Source of the DNA: Eledone cirrhosa
Taxonomy: Eukaryota
Assembly (NCBI GenBank): GCA_964016885.1
Contig: OZ024744.1
Coordinates: forward strand, 101,928,001-101,992,000
DNA length: 64,000 nucleotides
Direction of reading: 5' to 3'
Part shown: in pieces, positions 45,760-59,199 of the stretch
Numbering within the stretch: position 1 is the first letter of the stretch
Layout: each line of letters begins with the position of its first letter
The notes under the pieces: model-generated
Seen by the model: the letters and a program-made list of their open reading frames with translations, nothing else
Told to the model about the DNA's origin: nothing
The model's database searches: none
Translations under genes and position numbers: made by a program

Positions 45760-46572
45760 TCATCATCATCATCATCATCATCACCGTTTTACGTCCGTTC
45801 TTCCACGCTAGCATGGGTTAGACGGGTTGTCCTGTTGAGGGCAGTGTCTGGTCGGCTGACCATGCCTTGCTCATACAGGAACTGATTCTGGCTTGATTTC
45901 TACAGCTGGATGCCCTTCCTAACACCAACCTCATTTACAGTGAGTGCTGGGTGCTTTTTCGTGGTGCCTAGACGTCCACTTTACAGTGTGGGCTGGGTGC
46001 TTTTTTGCCGTGGCACCTCCACGACCACCTTGCAGTGGGAGGGTGTGGGGCATATTGTCTATATGCTTCAGCTTGTACCCATGGGAGGTCGGGTACTCTG
46101 TATTACTGCGTAACGCCAGAGGTCACGGTCGTGTGTCATCGCCTTTGAGAGGTGTAATTGGGTAAGGTCGGCTTTTATCACCTCATCCCAGGTCATCTTG
46201 GGTCTCCCCACTCCGCGGTTTCCATTGACTTCTAGTGCTCTGCACCTTTTTATGCAGCTGTCATCCTTCATACGCATCACATGTCCATACCAACGCACCG
46301 CCTCTCCTGCACACAGCATTTGATTCCTCTTATGCTCAGTCTCTCTCTCAATTCATTTATGCTTTGTCGTTCACGTATATTACTGTTACACATCCATCGC
46401 AGGCTTCGTTTCTTTCTAATCTAAGTAAGTCTTCCACCTTCTGCGCCCAGGTCTCACTACCATGTAACACTGCTGTTCGGATACACGCATCATACAGTCT
46501 GCTTTTCATTTTGAGGGAGAAGCCTTTTGCAGCTAGCAGGGGCAGTAGTTCCCTGAACTTCTTCCATCCCAT
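45760..46572 (-). mobile_element. RTE LINE 3' fragment
   Basis: GWKKFRELLPLL...LHGSETWA; 3' UTR shared with 13400-13722. Confidence 0.9.
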
Positions 46573-46947
46573 AAATACATAAATACATATATAAATACAT
46601 AAATACATACATATAATACACAAATATAATACATAAATATAATACACAAAAATATATAATGAAAGCGAGAGAATTGTATGTGAAACATCATAATCACATT
46701 CGTGCCACCCATGTATGAAAAAAGGATTAAGTGATATCTATTCTCAAAAGTGAGATGCACCCATCATGTATGTCAGCATGTATGTATGTATGTATGTATG
46801 TATGTATGTATGTATGTATGTATGTATGTGTGTGTGTGTATGTATGTATGTATGTATGTATGTATGTATGTCAGCATGTATGTATGTCAGCATGTATGTA
46901 TGTCAGCATGTATATATGTATTTATGTATGTATGTATGTATGTATGT

Positions 46948-47522
46948 ATCCCAGTACAACCTGTCTCATGGTCGGGTCGTTGGCGACTAAACTGGCAACC
47001 CCACCAAGGTTTCTTGGTGAGGAGGGTGACTTTGGACATCCTGCAGGACTAAAAACAAAACCTGTCAAATGGCAAAGGAGTTCTTAAGAGTCAATGGCCA
47101 TCCAAAATCACCGGGAGAGATGACCCCTTAACCTTTGTCAAGACAGAATTCTAGGAGAAGGAAAACTCTGATATAACACCTGCAACTCTGATGGTATCCA
47201 ATGATGTTGACTTGTTCTTCTTTTTGGTTAATATCATCTTGGTTAAGAGAGTGGGACTGGCTTTGTGCAGTGCCTTTGCTCACTATAAAAGCTTCACGGC
47301 ACAGGCATTGCTTTGTATCTGGAGATCTCTCTGCACTTGTCGTCACATGGTACCATGGGCTTAGCACTATGTGTCAATAATTGTCACAGGTGTAGTGTTT
47401 GTACCAGAGTTTTCAAGTTGCTGGCTGCACTAAAAAGTCACATTCGTTCAGCGCATCGGTAGGAGTTCTCCTACATGGATATAAAGTAGTGGCCGTACTC
47501 GAAAACGAGTTGGCAGCCACCA
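46948..47522 (+). mobile_element. Non-autonomous RTE-derived short element, copy 1
   Basis: Resembles the RTE 5' UTR at 13960-14140 and ends with the RTE-type ACTCGAAAACGAG hairpin plus (ATGT)n. Confidence 0.8.
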
Positions 47523-47631
47523 TGTATGTATGTATGTCAGCATGTATGTATGTATTTATGTATGTATGTATGTATTTATGTATGTATGTATGTTTTTATG
47601 TATTTATGTATGTATTTATGTATGTATGTAT

Positions 47632-48082
47632 GTTCTTCTGGTTTTATAATTTCACAAAGTTTTACCAATAGAGAGAGAGTCGGTATCTAACATAGACACA
47701 AGACTCTCTCATTGGAATTTGCACAACATCAACTAGGTAGATATGTATGTCTGCATGCATGCATGTGTAGATATGGATGTTATTATAAGTGTGGATGTGT
47801 ATGTTTTGAGTTGTATGTGTGCATGTGCATATGCTTTTTATCTGTACATGTGTATATGCAGTTATTAGATGCAAAATTTTTGGAATGTTTTACATATTTT
47901 TACTGTTCCATTAATGGATTGTACTTGTAATTTCCTAACTAGTTGTGTTCTTTTTGTTCCTGTGAAGCCTAGCTTCTCAAGATTTGTATTGAGGCAGTTA
48001 CTAACATATCCCAGTGCCCCAATAATCACAGGCATAAATCTGAAGGTGTAATCAGGGTGGAGTATCTGCAGATTTCTCATCA
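47632..48082 (-). mobile_element. R4/Dong-type 3' fragment
   Basis: MRNLQILHPDY...ICKTFQKFCI plus 3' UTR; (TATG)n flanks. Confidence 0.9.
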
Positions 48083-48267
48083 GTATGTATGTATGTATGT
48101 ATGTATGTATGTATGTATGTATGTATGTATGTATGTATGTATGTATGCATGTATTTATGTATTTATGTATGTATTTATGTATTTATGTATGTATGTATAT
48201 ATGTATGTATATATGAATGTATGTATTTATGTATTTATGTATGTATTTATGTATGTATGTATATATG

Positions 48268-48550
48268 TTATCTCTTTCTCTTAATTTCGAGTATATTTTT
48301 TTGACCGGCCACCTTCCTGGTGGCAAGGTTGTAAAAGAAAAGAAATTGTCATCCCCTGAATCGCAAGAATGTTTTGCAAATTTTGAACGTGCCAGCTATC
48401 GCAGCCATTTGTAGACTATGAATTAGGGAGCTGCGCTTTTTGTCCACAAATCCAAGTTCAGTCATACTTTGGTCCAAGTTGGTTGGTATATAACCCGTAG
48501 CTCCAATAATGATGGGTATGAAGCTAAAGGTGTATCTTGGATACTGGATT
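48268..48550 (-). mobile_element. 3' fragment of a second R4/Dong-type family
   Basis: YPRYTFSFIPIIIGATG...KICKTFLRF. Confidence 0.8.
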
Positions 48551-48639
48551 ATGTATTTATGTATGTATGTATGCATGTATTTATGTATTTATGTATGTAT
48601 GTATGTATTTATGTATTTATGTATGTATGTATTTATGTA

Positions 48640-48942
48640 TAGGAGGAGGTTATAGTTCACTTGAAGCATTGTGTAATGAGGTATAAACGTTTGTATATGT
48701 ATAATAAAGCCAAAACAATGCAGGTATGGACATCCTGTCAGCATGACTTGGCAAGCTATTTAGAACACTGGTTTAACCGCTTTACTTCCCTCCGAAGAAG
48801 AGATATTATCTCGAAAATTAAGGACATTTAAATAAATCTAAGGTAAAAGACTAATTGTCAACAATATCTTTTTCATTTGCATTCTTTATTCTATGTCAAT
48901 ACCTGCATTGTTTTGGCTTTATTATACATATACAAACGTTTA
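48640..48942. mobile_element. Small inverted-repeat element with a near-canonical HHR at 48789-48823
   Basis: ~48684-48732 is inverted versus ~48893-48942; CCT-CCGAAGA-A-GAGAT/ATCTC-GAAA-AT-TA-AGG. Confidence 0.6.
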
Positions 48943-48983
48943 TGTATTTATGTATGTATGTATGTATGTATGTATGTATGTCA

Positions 48984-49589
48984 GGTCACCAGTTGGTGTT
49001 ACTGGTAATATGTATCCCAGTACAACCTGTCCCATGGTCGGGTCGTTGGCGACTAAACTGGCAACCCTACCAAGGTTTCTTGGTTAGGAGGGTGACTTTG
49101 GATATCCTGCAGGACTAAAAACAAAACCTGTCAAAAGGCAAAGGAGTTCTTAAGAGTCAATGGCCATCCAAAATGACCGGGAGAGATGACCCCTTAACCT
49201 TTGTCAATGCAGAATTCTAGGAGAAGAAAAACTCTGATATAACACCTGCAACCCTGATAGTATCCAATGATGTTGACTTGTTCTTCTTTTTGGTAAATAT
49301 CATCTTGGCTAAGAGAGTGGGACTGGCTTTGTGCAGTGCCTTTGCTCACTATAAAAGCTTCACGGCACAGGCATTGCTTTATATCTGGAGATCTCTCTGC
49401 ACTTGTCGTCACATGGTACCAAGGGCCCAGCACTATGTGTCAATAATTGTCGCAAGTGTAGTGTTTGTACCAGAGTTTTCAAGTCGCTGGCTGGACTAAA
49501 AAGTCACACTCATTCAGTGCATTGGTAGGAGTTCTCCTACATGGATATAAAGTAGTGGCCGTACTCGAAAACGAGTTGGCAGCCACCAT
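48984..49589 (+). mobile_element. Non-autonomous RTE-derived short element, copy 2
   Basis: Close match to 46948-47522 with a longer 5' end. Confidence 0.82.
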
Positions 49590-49615
49590 ATGTATGTATG
49601 TATTTATGTATGTAT

Positions 49616-49790
49616 GTTCTTCTGGTTTTATAATTTCACAAAGTTTTACCAATAGAGAGAGAGTCGGTTTCTAACATAGACACAAGATTCTCTCATTGGA
49701 ATTTACACAACATCAACTAGGTAGATATGTATGTATGCATGCATGTGTAGATATGTATGTTATTGTATGTGTGGATGTGTATGTTTTGAA
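49616..49790 (-). mobile_element. R4/Dong-type 3' UTR fragment
   Basis: Matches 47632-47810. Confidence 0.85.
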
Positions 49791-49919
49791 TAATATCACA
49801 CAGAGACTGTATGTATGCATGTATGTATGTATGTATATATGTATGTATGTATATATATGTATTTATGTATGTATGTATTTATGTATGTACATTTGTATGT
49901 ACATTTGTATGTATATATG

Positions 49920-51620
49920 AAACAACTTCATGTCATTATATGTTACACCTCGAAGAACGAAACTGTTTCCCCTGATTGGGAAGATGCTCTGATGTTTATC
50001 TTGTATAAAAGTAATGGTAGTAAAGACAATTGTGGCAACTATCGAGGCATATCATTGCTTTTCGGTGGTAGGGAAGATTTTGTGCAGGATTTTGATGGAT
50101 CATTTGCTTACACTAATTGCCAGAGATGCTCTTCCAGAATTTCAGTTTGGTTTTCATGAGAAATGTGATTTAGCTGACATGATCTTTTCTGGTAAACAAT
50201 TTCAAGAAAAGTGCTTAGAACAAGGTATGGATTTATACCAAGTCTTTGTTGATCTCACCAGGCTTTTGACATGATGAACAGAGGTTCTTTGTGGAAAACT
50301 TGGGAGAGGCTTGTGTGCCCTGAAAAATTTCTGAGTATTTTGAAAGGATTTCATGACAGCATAGTTGCTCACGTAAATGTGGTTGGAAAGCTGTCTGAAC
50401 CCATAAAGGTCAGGGATAGAGTGAAGCAGAAAGGTATTCTTGTTACTCTATTTGCTTTGTACTTCACAATGATATTTCAACTGGCTTTTGGGGAATGTAA
50501 ACATGATGTTTATGTCCCCTATAGAACAACAAGAAATGTCACCAACATGAGAGGTTTTAAGGCAAAGAGAAAGGTATTTTTGACATTGGTAAGGGATTTG
50601 CTCTATGTTAATGACTGTGACCTTGTGGTTCACACAGAAGAGGATATGCAGCATCTTTTGAGAAGGTTTTCACAGCCTTGGAGCTAACAATAAGTGTGGT
50701 GTGGTGATGTTGCAGTCTCTACCTGGAAACCAATATAGAGAGTCTAATATTTTTGTGTACAGGAAGTGCATTGGAGTAGTAGAAAAGTTTGTTTACCTTG
50801 GAAGCACTGTGAACAAATCTTGCAATCAGGATGATGAAGTGAATATCAAGATTCCGAAAGCAAGTCATGTTTTAAGGAAAGCTTGAAGTGCATCTATGGT
50901 CCCGACATGGGATCTCACTGCATTCAAAAGTAAAAGTGTACAATGCACTTGTTCTCACAGCATTACTGTATGCTTGTGAAACTTGGGTGACACATAAGCA
51001 TCACTACAAAAAACTTGAAAGGTTTCTTTGAATGAGTCTCAGAATAATTGCTGGAAATGACTGGAGACAGGTTTTTGAGAGAAATCACTGTGAGAGCATT
51101 GAATCTCTTATCTTGAAAACCAGGCTGAGATGGGGCAGTCACATGGGGCACATAGATGACAGCCAGCTTCCCAAGAGGATGTTGTATAGAGAACTGACCA
51201 GTGGAAAGTGACCACCTCATAAGCCCTGGAAGTGATATAGGGACTGTTTTATAGAGTCACTGATATGAGTTAACATCAATATTGCAGCACGGAAAACTGA
51301 GGCCTTTTGTAGAAGTAAATGGAAAAAGATGGTTTATCAAGGAAAAATTATTTTCAAGACATCTTGGGTACAACATGAGAAATTTAAAAGAGATGTCAGA
51401 AAGGGTATTGCTGTCAATTTATCACAGCAATCTGGTGATGTCCATGGTTTGACATATTAAATCTGTAACAGATTCTGTTTCAGCAAGGCTGGTAAGAAAA
51501 GTCATCTTCTAAGTCATGAATATAGAACTCCTGCCAATTACTAAATCACCAGAAATACAACATACATGTGGTAAAGAATACACACCTTCAGGCAGCCTAA
51601 AAAGGCACAGCAAAGCGTTG
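49920..51620 (+). pseudogene. Old RTE RT pseudogene
   Basis: NYRGISLL, LYQVFVDLT, YVNDCDL, FVYLGSTV; many frameshifts. Confidence 0.88.
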
Positions 51621-51874
51621 AGGAAACATAAAAACATAAGAACAACACAAATTAGTTTCCTCAACTCTTCTTTTGATGAAAGGATTCTATCCCGAAATAT
51701 TAAGGACAATTAAACAACTGCAAGGTATTCCACCCCCTTACATATTTGTTATCATTTAAAAAAAAAAGTTAAAGTCTCATTTGCATTACTGTGACCCTCT
51801 AATAATAAAAAAAAAACTATTATACACACACAAACGCATATAAATACATATATGTATATATATATATATATATA

Positions 51875-52051
51875 TAGGAACCAGTAAGACCCCGACAGCT
51901 GAGCTCAAGCCGTTTCGACGGAATTAGCCGTCGAAACGGCTTGAGCTCAGCTGTCGGGGTCTTACTGGTTCCTATTACCCACTCTACTACCTCAAGTATT
52001 GAGTACTTTGGTGCGTTATGGTCTACCTGGTTCATTACCACATTTCCTTCG

Positions 52052-52054
<3 letters not shown>
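51875..52054. mobile_element. Family C short foldback copy
   Basis: ~51875-51920 is inverted versus ~51928-51974, followed by an ~80-bp extension; (TA)n flanks. Confidence 0.88.
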
Positions 52055-52114
<60 letters not shown>

Positions 52115-52151
52115 ATATAAGATCAAAAGATGGTTAAAAGAGTTCCAAGTA

Positions 52152-52218
52152 TTTTAATATGCACATTTCAAAAACAAATATCATCATGAGATGATATCTG
52201 CGTTTTCATCAGATAAAA
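52152..52218 (-). ncRNA. Type I HHR, family B solo fragment (52115-52280)
   Basis: TTTTAT-CTGATGA-AAACGCAGATATCATC-TCAT-GATGATATTTGTTTTT-GAAA-TGTGCA-TA-TTAAAA. Confidence 0.8.
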
Positions 52219-52273
52219 TAGGGATACATGATATGAAAGTTAAAAAACACTTGTGAATAGTGAAGTTTTAAAT

Positions 52274-52306
<33 letters not shown>

Positions 52307-53182
52307 CGAGGTGTGTCAGAAAAGTTCCAGGACTGATGTCACAAAAGATTTATTTCAAACCCAAACTTTACACTAAGAGTTTTCTCCTTCAAAGTACTCC
52401 CCCTGGAGTATGTAACTGTAATCTTAGCTCTCTGCAATGATCAAACTTTTTTCTTCATAATTTTATATACGTGTCCTCTGTTTCAGGTCGTCAAGCAATG
52501 AGCACAGAGCAACAAACAAACCTGAAGATTCTGGTATGGTTGGGGAAAACTCCGTTAGAAGCACTGAGATTGCTGCAGCAAGTGTATGGAGATGAGACGA
52601 TGTCACGCTCATGTGTTTTTGAGAGGTGCAAGATGACCCCAGGAGTGGCAGGCCCTCAACAACCATGACTGAGGTCAACGTTGAGCGTGTCAGGCAGATG
52701 GTGCGTAGCGATTGTCGGCTGACTGTTTGACTGATGGCAAATGAGTTGGGCATGTGGGACAGCGTCTGGAAGATTCGCACTGAAGATTTGGACATGTGGA
52801 AAGTCGGCGCAAAGATGGTGCCAAAGCTGCTGAACGATGACCAGAAGGGTCGACGCATGCAAGTGTGCCAGGACATCCTTGAGCATCTTGAAACCGAACC
52901 AGACTTACTAGGGACAATCATCACCGGTGATGAGTCATGGATCTTCGAGTACGACCCGGGGGAACCCGTTTTGAAGACGGGGATGACATCAAAAAGGCTG
53001 TGACGACGGAACTGCGGAGGATCCCGGAAGAATCCTTCCAGGAGTGCATGCAAGCGTGGCAGAAAAGGATGGAAAAGTGCATTAGACTCCAGGGGGATTA
53101 CTTTGAAGGAGAAAACTCTTAGTGTGAAGTTTGAAATAAATCTTTTGTGACATCAGTCCTGGAACTTTTCTGACACACCTCG
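52307..53182 (+). mobile_element. Internally deleted mariner DNA transposon
   Basis: TIRs CGAGGTGTGTCAGAAAAGTTCCAGGACTGATGTCACAAAAG; TA flanks; IITGDESW and WQKRMEKCIRLQGDYFE. Confidence 0.95.
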
Positions 53183-53263
<81 letters not shown>

Positions 53264-53319
53264 ATGTATATATATGATATATATATATATACACACACAC
53301 ACATACACACACACATATA

Positions 53320-53384
<65 letters not shown>

Positions 53385-53411
53385 GTATGTATACATATGA
53401 TATATATATCC

Positions 53412-53586
53412 ACACAAGGGGGTGCTGAAAAGTTCCTGGCTTGATCACTGCTACATTTGCCAGGCTAGAAGTCCAACATTTACGAGTTCTTTTTTCAGAG
53501 CTTAGGAAAACTGAAGGGCTGCTTCAATAACTGATCCTCCTGTATCTTCTTTTATAAAAACGCAAGAACTTTTCACCACCCCTCAT
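53412..53586. mobile_element. Mariner-type MITE
   Basis: GGGGTGCTGAAAAGTTC ... GAACTTTTCACCACCCC inverted ends. Confidence 0.7.
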
Positions 53587-53649
53587 GCATATATACATAT
53601 ATATATATAAAAAATGCAAAAAACATTAATAGCATTATTAATAATTGTT

Positions 53650-53825
53650 TATACTTTTGGCACAAGGCCAGCTATTACCCCAGTGTATTACTGGTACTTT
53701 ATTTTATCGACCCCGTAGGGATGAAAAATTAACCTCGGCGGGATTTTAACTCAGAATGGCAAGGGCCGTAACTCAATGCGTCAAAGCATGGTGTCCGACC
53801 CTCTACCGATACTGCCAATCCACCG
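53650..53825 (-). mobile_element. tRNA-derived SINE
   Basis: Reverse complement of the 22890-23057 family. Confidence 0.82.
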
Positions 53826-54109
53826 CCCTTTAGCATTATTAATAATGATGAAGTAATGCCTTTTACCTCAACCTATAAACACAATCTCTTACAACTTTGC
53901 ACATTAAAACCATTTCGTGTATAGTCTTTGTTAAATGCTCGCCAACATCCAACATTTGATAACGTATCTATCTAAACTATAATAAAGTAAGGAGCGCAGG
54001 ACTGCGTATGGTTTATAATTTTTTATCCCATTAGTAAAATAATTTGGATTACTTTGAATAAATAACGAATGAATATTACATAATTTATCTACTAAATATT
54101 TTATTGTAA

Positions 54110-56200
54110 CCACGTGGAAAACAGCAATGTAACAACCGCTGCTGCCACATCCACCAACACCGAGCCACACCTCAACGATGTGACGCACCTGGTCACCGAC
54201 CTAACCGGCACCCTCACGAACGACGAACTGGAACTCCTATGCCTCGGACCCAAGTTCATCGTCTCACAACGACAGACTCAAACTCGACATCGAAGCCAAC
54301 TTCTGTCAAACCACCTACCAACTTAAATGGGTGACTGCTATTAACAGCGCCCACACTACCCACCCTAAGTTCTCCACTTACCACCTCAACAACCCACTCC
54401 ACCCCCTACCCACCAACCACGAACTCGACACTAAACTCATCAGGTTAAAACACTCCATCTCTGATATTCTACACAAACACACACACACACACACGCTCAA
54501 CACACAACCTCACTAAATCTCAACTCACCACTCTCTCCAGCTTGAAATCGAAGAACCTCATCTACGTCCCCTCCGACAAGGGAAAAGAATTCTATGTCAT
54601 CAGCAGAGAGGCCTATAACACCCTGGTCCTCCAACACCTTGATGATGACAACCTCTACTCCAAAGTCACAGGAATCACTCCCACGCAGATCGAGGAGCAC
54701 ATCAACACCGCCTGGACCAACATCTGCGACCGGCGGAAGCTCAGAGACAACCTCCTCACGAGGAACAGCAGACTACCTGCCTGCTACCACCTTGTGAAAA
54801 CACACAAACAGGGACCCGACCTGAAGATCAGACCCATTGTATCGAGCGTGGAAGGACCGCTCTACAAAATTTCATGGCTCCTAGCCAGAATACTCAAACC
54901 CATCCTAGACACCTTGCCGGGACACGTAAACAGCTCCGAGGAGGTGTTGGAGCACCTGCACCAAATGGATCCCGACACCAGAAAGGAATAACAGATATGC
55001 CTTCAGCCTTGATGTGGTCGCTCTTTACACCTCGGTCCCGGCACTCCCGGCTGTTAATATACTGATGGAACGCGTCCAATCTACCAACCTACACTGCTTC
55101 GGGCTCACCTCCACTAACATCCACCAACTCCTATCCGTCATCGTTGACAACACATACTTCGGTTTTCTTGACCAAACATACCAGCAAACCTCGGGGCTCA
55201 AGCCTGTCGGGTGTGCTAGCAATCTCATACATGAACAGCCTCGAGCACTCAATACCTGCCACCCCAACGCCGTCGCCTTTTTCTCAAGGTACGTGAACGA
55301 CATCTTCACAGGAGATGGCGAACGGAATTTATGAGACGTTCAACAATATGGACAAGAACATTGATTTCAGTGTTGAACACACCAGCGACGACAGGTCACT
55401 TGCCCTCCTTGACTTCTGAATCAACATCACGGAGCAGGGAGGGATCCACACCAACTTCTACCGCAAGGCAGCCTGCAGGGACCTGTTCGTCCACTACAAG
55501 TCTGCCCTCCCTAACAGTGCTAAAAGAGGGTACATCATGAACGAGATCACTCAAATTAAAAACAGATGCAGCGATCCCGTGAGTGGTGTCACCCACACCA
55601 AGCGATTCCTCAAAGTTCTGGAGATGAACGGGTACCCTGCCTCGCTCACCAGACACAAGAGGCACCAGACACAAGAGGCAGAGAAATACCCAAGGCAAGT
55701 GCTTCATTAAAATACCACACCTGGGCGAGAATACCACCAACGCTATCCGCAGGGCTATACGGAGAGAGGGCCTCGACATCCAACTGGCCCACTCGGGCCC
55801 TTCCCTGCGAAGATACCTCTCCAGGAAACCCGGGAATCGACTGACGCGTGTTCCCTCGGAAACTGCCCGATGCGCCATACGAACTGTTGCCTACGCACAT
55901 ACGACGCGTATAAGGTAGAATGTGACAAGTGCAACCACTACTATATAGGTAGCACAATCCGGCCGCTACAAATCCGGATCAAGGAGCACATCAACACCAG
56001 GGCCTCGTCTTTCCAGAAACATGTAACCAAATGCGGAAACAAAGACGGAAGGCCCATTGTCACAGTGCTAGCGACAGAGCGCAACGTCGGCACGTTACGA
56101 ATCAAGGAAGCACTTTGGATCAAATGCCTAGGGCCACAAATAAATAACCGATCCAAGAGAAGCGAAATGAGGTGGTTGGTGTAAACAAACGAGACAACAA
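54110..56200 (+). mobile_element. Penelope-like element, frameshifted RT plus GIY-YIG
   Basis: LGPKF, PSDKG, YHLVKTHK, IRPIVS, ALYTSVP, RYVNDIF, AYKVECDKC...YIGST...RIKEH. Confidence 0.92.
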
Positions 56201-57131
56201 CACGCACAGTAGCATTCAAACGATTGAGTGTGTAGCACCGCCACCATCCACCGACCAGGCAGACTACTACTACCATACGAATATACTACACTGCTAGTAC
56301 CAAAAACCAGCACAGATAAATAGTACAATGGATTGACAGCTAACGGCATCCCATTCCCATAATTAAAAAAAACTGCTTCGACCGTCGACTTTTGCTTGAC
56401 TGCACTTATTCATTCCGCGCGCACGCACACTCTGTTGAATACCTCAGTTAGCCACAAACAGCGAACAGCAGAGGACACGTACCATTCCTCTCCGACAGAT
56501 AACCTCCCCCCCCCCCCGGAAAACCCCCCAGTTGATGGATGGATGCGAATCCAAAATATAGGGACAATTAAATCTCTCACAAGGTAACTCATTCTTGTGT
56601 TATTATTTTTAGTTTTTACGCTCTTTCCTACGTTCCTCTACACACTATACATCTCATTCTACATTCACTTACATCTCTCTCTTCACCACCGGATCCTGTT
56701 ACCCGGAGAATTACCCATCTGCATTGTTGAGGCTTCCAAAACGACCAAAAGAAAATAAATCTTATTTTATTGTTTATTTTAAGATTCACTTCTTTAAAAT
56801 TTTCAAATGTCAACACTTCCGGTTAGTGATCGTTTAAATAAACATTCATATATTTCCATCACTAATTTTCTCCTAATGCAGTTTATATATAATATCGTCT
56901 TTGTTTAATGTATCATGGATTACGTTACTGATTACATAAGACTAACACAGTCTTCTTTCAATTTCTGTGTATATTGTCAATTACGATTTTATTTGATGTA
57001 TCATATCTACATGCATATATACTTGCGTATAATATCAATATACACACTACACATGCTAGCAGAAAACCACCCGAGGGGTGGTTTTTCTGCTAGTTCTTAT
57101 AATTTAGATTTAGTTAAAGTTTATTCCTTTT

Positions 57132-57269
57132 TTTAATTCCTGATGATATGCAGATGATATATGTATTAGGTTTTGTGTAAATAATTGCTAATTAAGTGTG
57201 TCAGATTACCTTATTGTTTACATATGCCTGTACCATTGTCAGCTGTATAGAAATATACGTAGAATTAAA
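57132..57269 (+). ncRNA. Type I HHR with a very long stem II
   Basis: TTTAATTC-CTGATGA-TATGCAG...CTGTATA-GAAA-TATACG-TA-GAATTAAA. Confidence 0.75.
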
Positions 57270-57379
57270 GAATGGATTTAAGTTGTCAACCTTGGTTTTT
57301 CTTCATTTTAAATCATCATCATCACCACTTTATGTCCATTTTTCCACGCTAGCATGGATTGGATGAGTTGTCCTGTTGT

Positions 57380-58735
57380 GAGCTTGTCATAAAATAACTG
57401 TTTAGGCAGCCTTCTATCTTCCATCCTGACCACATGACCAGCCTAACACATCTGGTCCATAATAATCCTTCTCTCAATACTGGTGCTACCCACTTTCTCA
57501 AGTACAGCAGCATTAGGTGTGTAAGAGGACCACTTGGTGTTCAGGATGAGTCTGATACATTGCTGATGAAAACTTTCCAACTGCCTGATATGCTGCCTGT
57601 AAGTTGTCCTCATTTCACATCCATGTAACAGGGCTGTAAGAACACAGGAAGCTTTGTTTCTTGTGACACCCAATCTGACCAGACTCACTTCTCAAACTTA
57701 CCAAAGGCAAAACTTACTTTTGCAATCCTGTGATTTATTTTATCATCAAGGGGACCATCTCTACTAAGTGTACTTCCGAAATACACAAAGCTATCCACCA
57801 TCTCAAGTCTTTTTCCACCCATGAGAATGTTTGGCTCCACATACACTTTCCCAACTGGTGGAGTGTACATGACCTTTGTCTTTTTTTAGACTAATATTTA
57901 GCCCAAACACAGTGCATACATTGGAAAAAGTGTCCAATAACAACTGCATATCCTCTACTGTGTGATCCACAAAATCTGCATCATCAGTATAAAGGAACTC
58001 TCAAACAAGACTGCCAAATGTTTTAGACTTGATGTTAAAACATCTTTGATTAAAGGTTTGACAGAGGTTCTAATTTACAAGTAAACACCAATTTCAAAGT
58101 CTTGGAAGGAATATGTCAGCAGTATCTACAGGTGAGTACAGGTATGTTGCCTTGTTTAACACCATCTTCCACTAAAATTGGTTCTGATGGAGATTTTTGA
58201 ATATTCCAACAAATTTAGGAGGGCATCTAAGTTTCCCCAATATGACCCACAATGCACTAAGATTAACAGTATCAAAGGCTTTGGTAAGGTCCACAAATAC
58301 TAGGTAAAGTGGCACTTTCTGCTCAACACACTGCTCCTTAAACTGATGGGCTGAGAAAATCATGTTCATAGTACCTCACCCAGCTCTGAAACCACACTGG
58401 GTCTCAGGGAGGGCAGCAAGGCAGATACATTTTATGAGACAACTCAGTAAACATTGGATAAAATTTTCCTACCTACCGATTCAAGCAGACTTATACCACA
58501 ATAATCACCACGTTCAGACATGGAGCTCTTGCCTTTGTAAATCAACAGCAAAATTGCATCTACCTAGTCTTGTGGGATATATTTACCATGCCATATTTAC
58601 CATGCCCATGAATAGCCATGATAACATTGTCTCCTCCACAGAAGATCAACGCAACAGGTATGCCATCCAAACCTGGAGCTTTCCCTGTGTTTATCTCTTT
58701 GATAGTAGACCTAATCTCATCAATGGTTGGATCAT
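57380..58735 (-). pseudogene. Old RTE RT pseudogene
   Basis: GKAPGLDGIP, FVDLTKAFDTV, FVYFGSTL. Confidence 0.85.
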
Positions 58736-58866
58736 TCATCATCATCATGAATGGTGAATATATATACATATATAATCAAAGATTAATATGGTTCGTTGAT
58801 TACTCAACGAATACAATATTACAATAGATTAAAAGTACTCAACAGTAGATTTTCCTGGAGATTTTA

Positions 58867-59190
58867 ATATTATTCAAAATGTTAATAAATGAAATGAAAA
58901 ATATTCTCATAATCAAAATATATATTTCTTTATACCTATTTCAAAGGTACTATGGTGTTCAAGTACGTTTTCATCAGACAAAATATATGATTTGATATGT
59001 GACATACCACTACGGTTTTGATTATTCAATTCCAGTATCTGGAATTGAATAATCAAAACCGTAGCACTATGTCACATATCAAATCATATATTTTGTCTGA
59101 TGAAAACCATTGTACCTTTGAAATATGTATATTAAAATATATATTTTGATTATGAGAATATTTTTCATTAATTAACATTTTGAATAATAT
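58867..59190. mobile_element. Family D foldback element with HHRs at 58925-58983 (-) and 59091-59137 (+)
   Basis: Arms meet near 59035; CTGATGA...GAAA-TA(G/T)GTA-TA in both arms; stem I is partly decayed. Confidence 0.75.
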
Positions 59191-59199
59191 ATATATATA

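Noticed and set aside
56525-56565. HHR-like remnant downstream of the + strand PLE (TTGATGG..GGAT/ATCC..AAAA)
   Set aside because: Both core boxes are mismatched; too degenerate to call.
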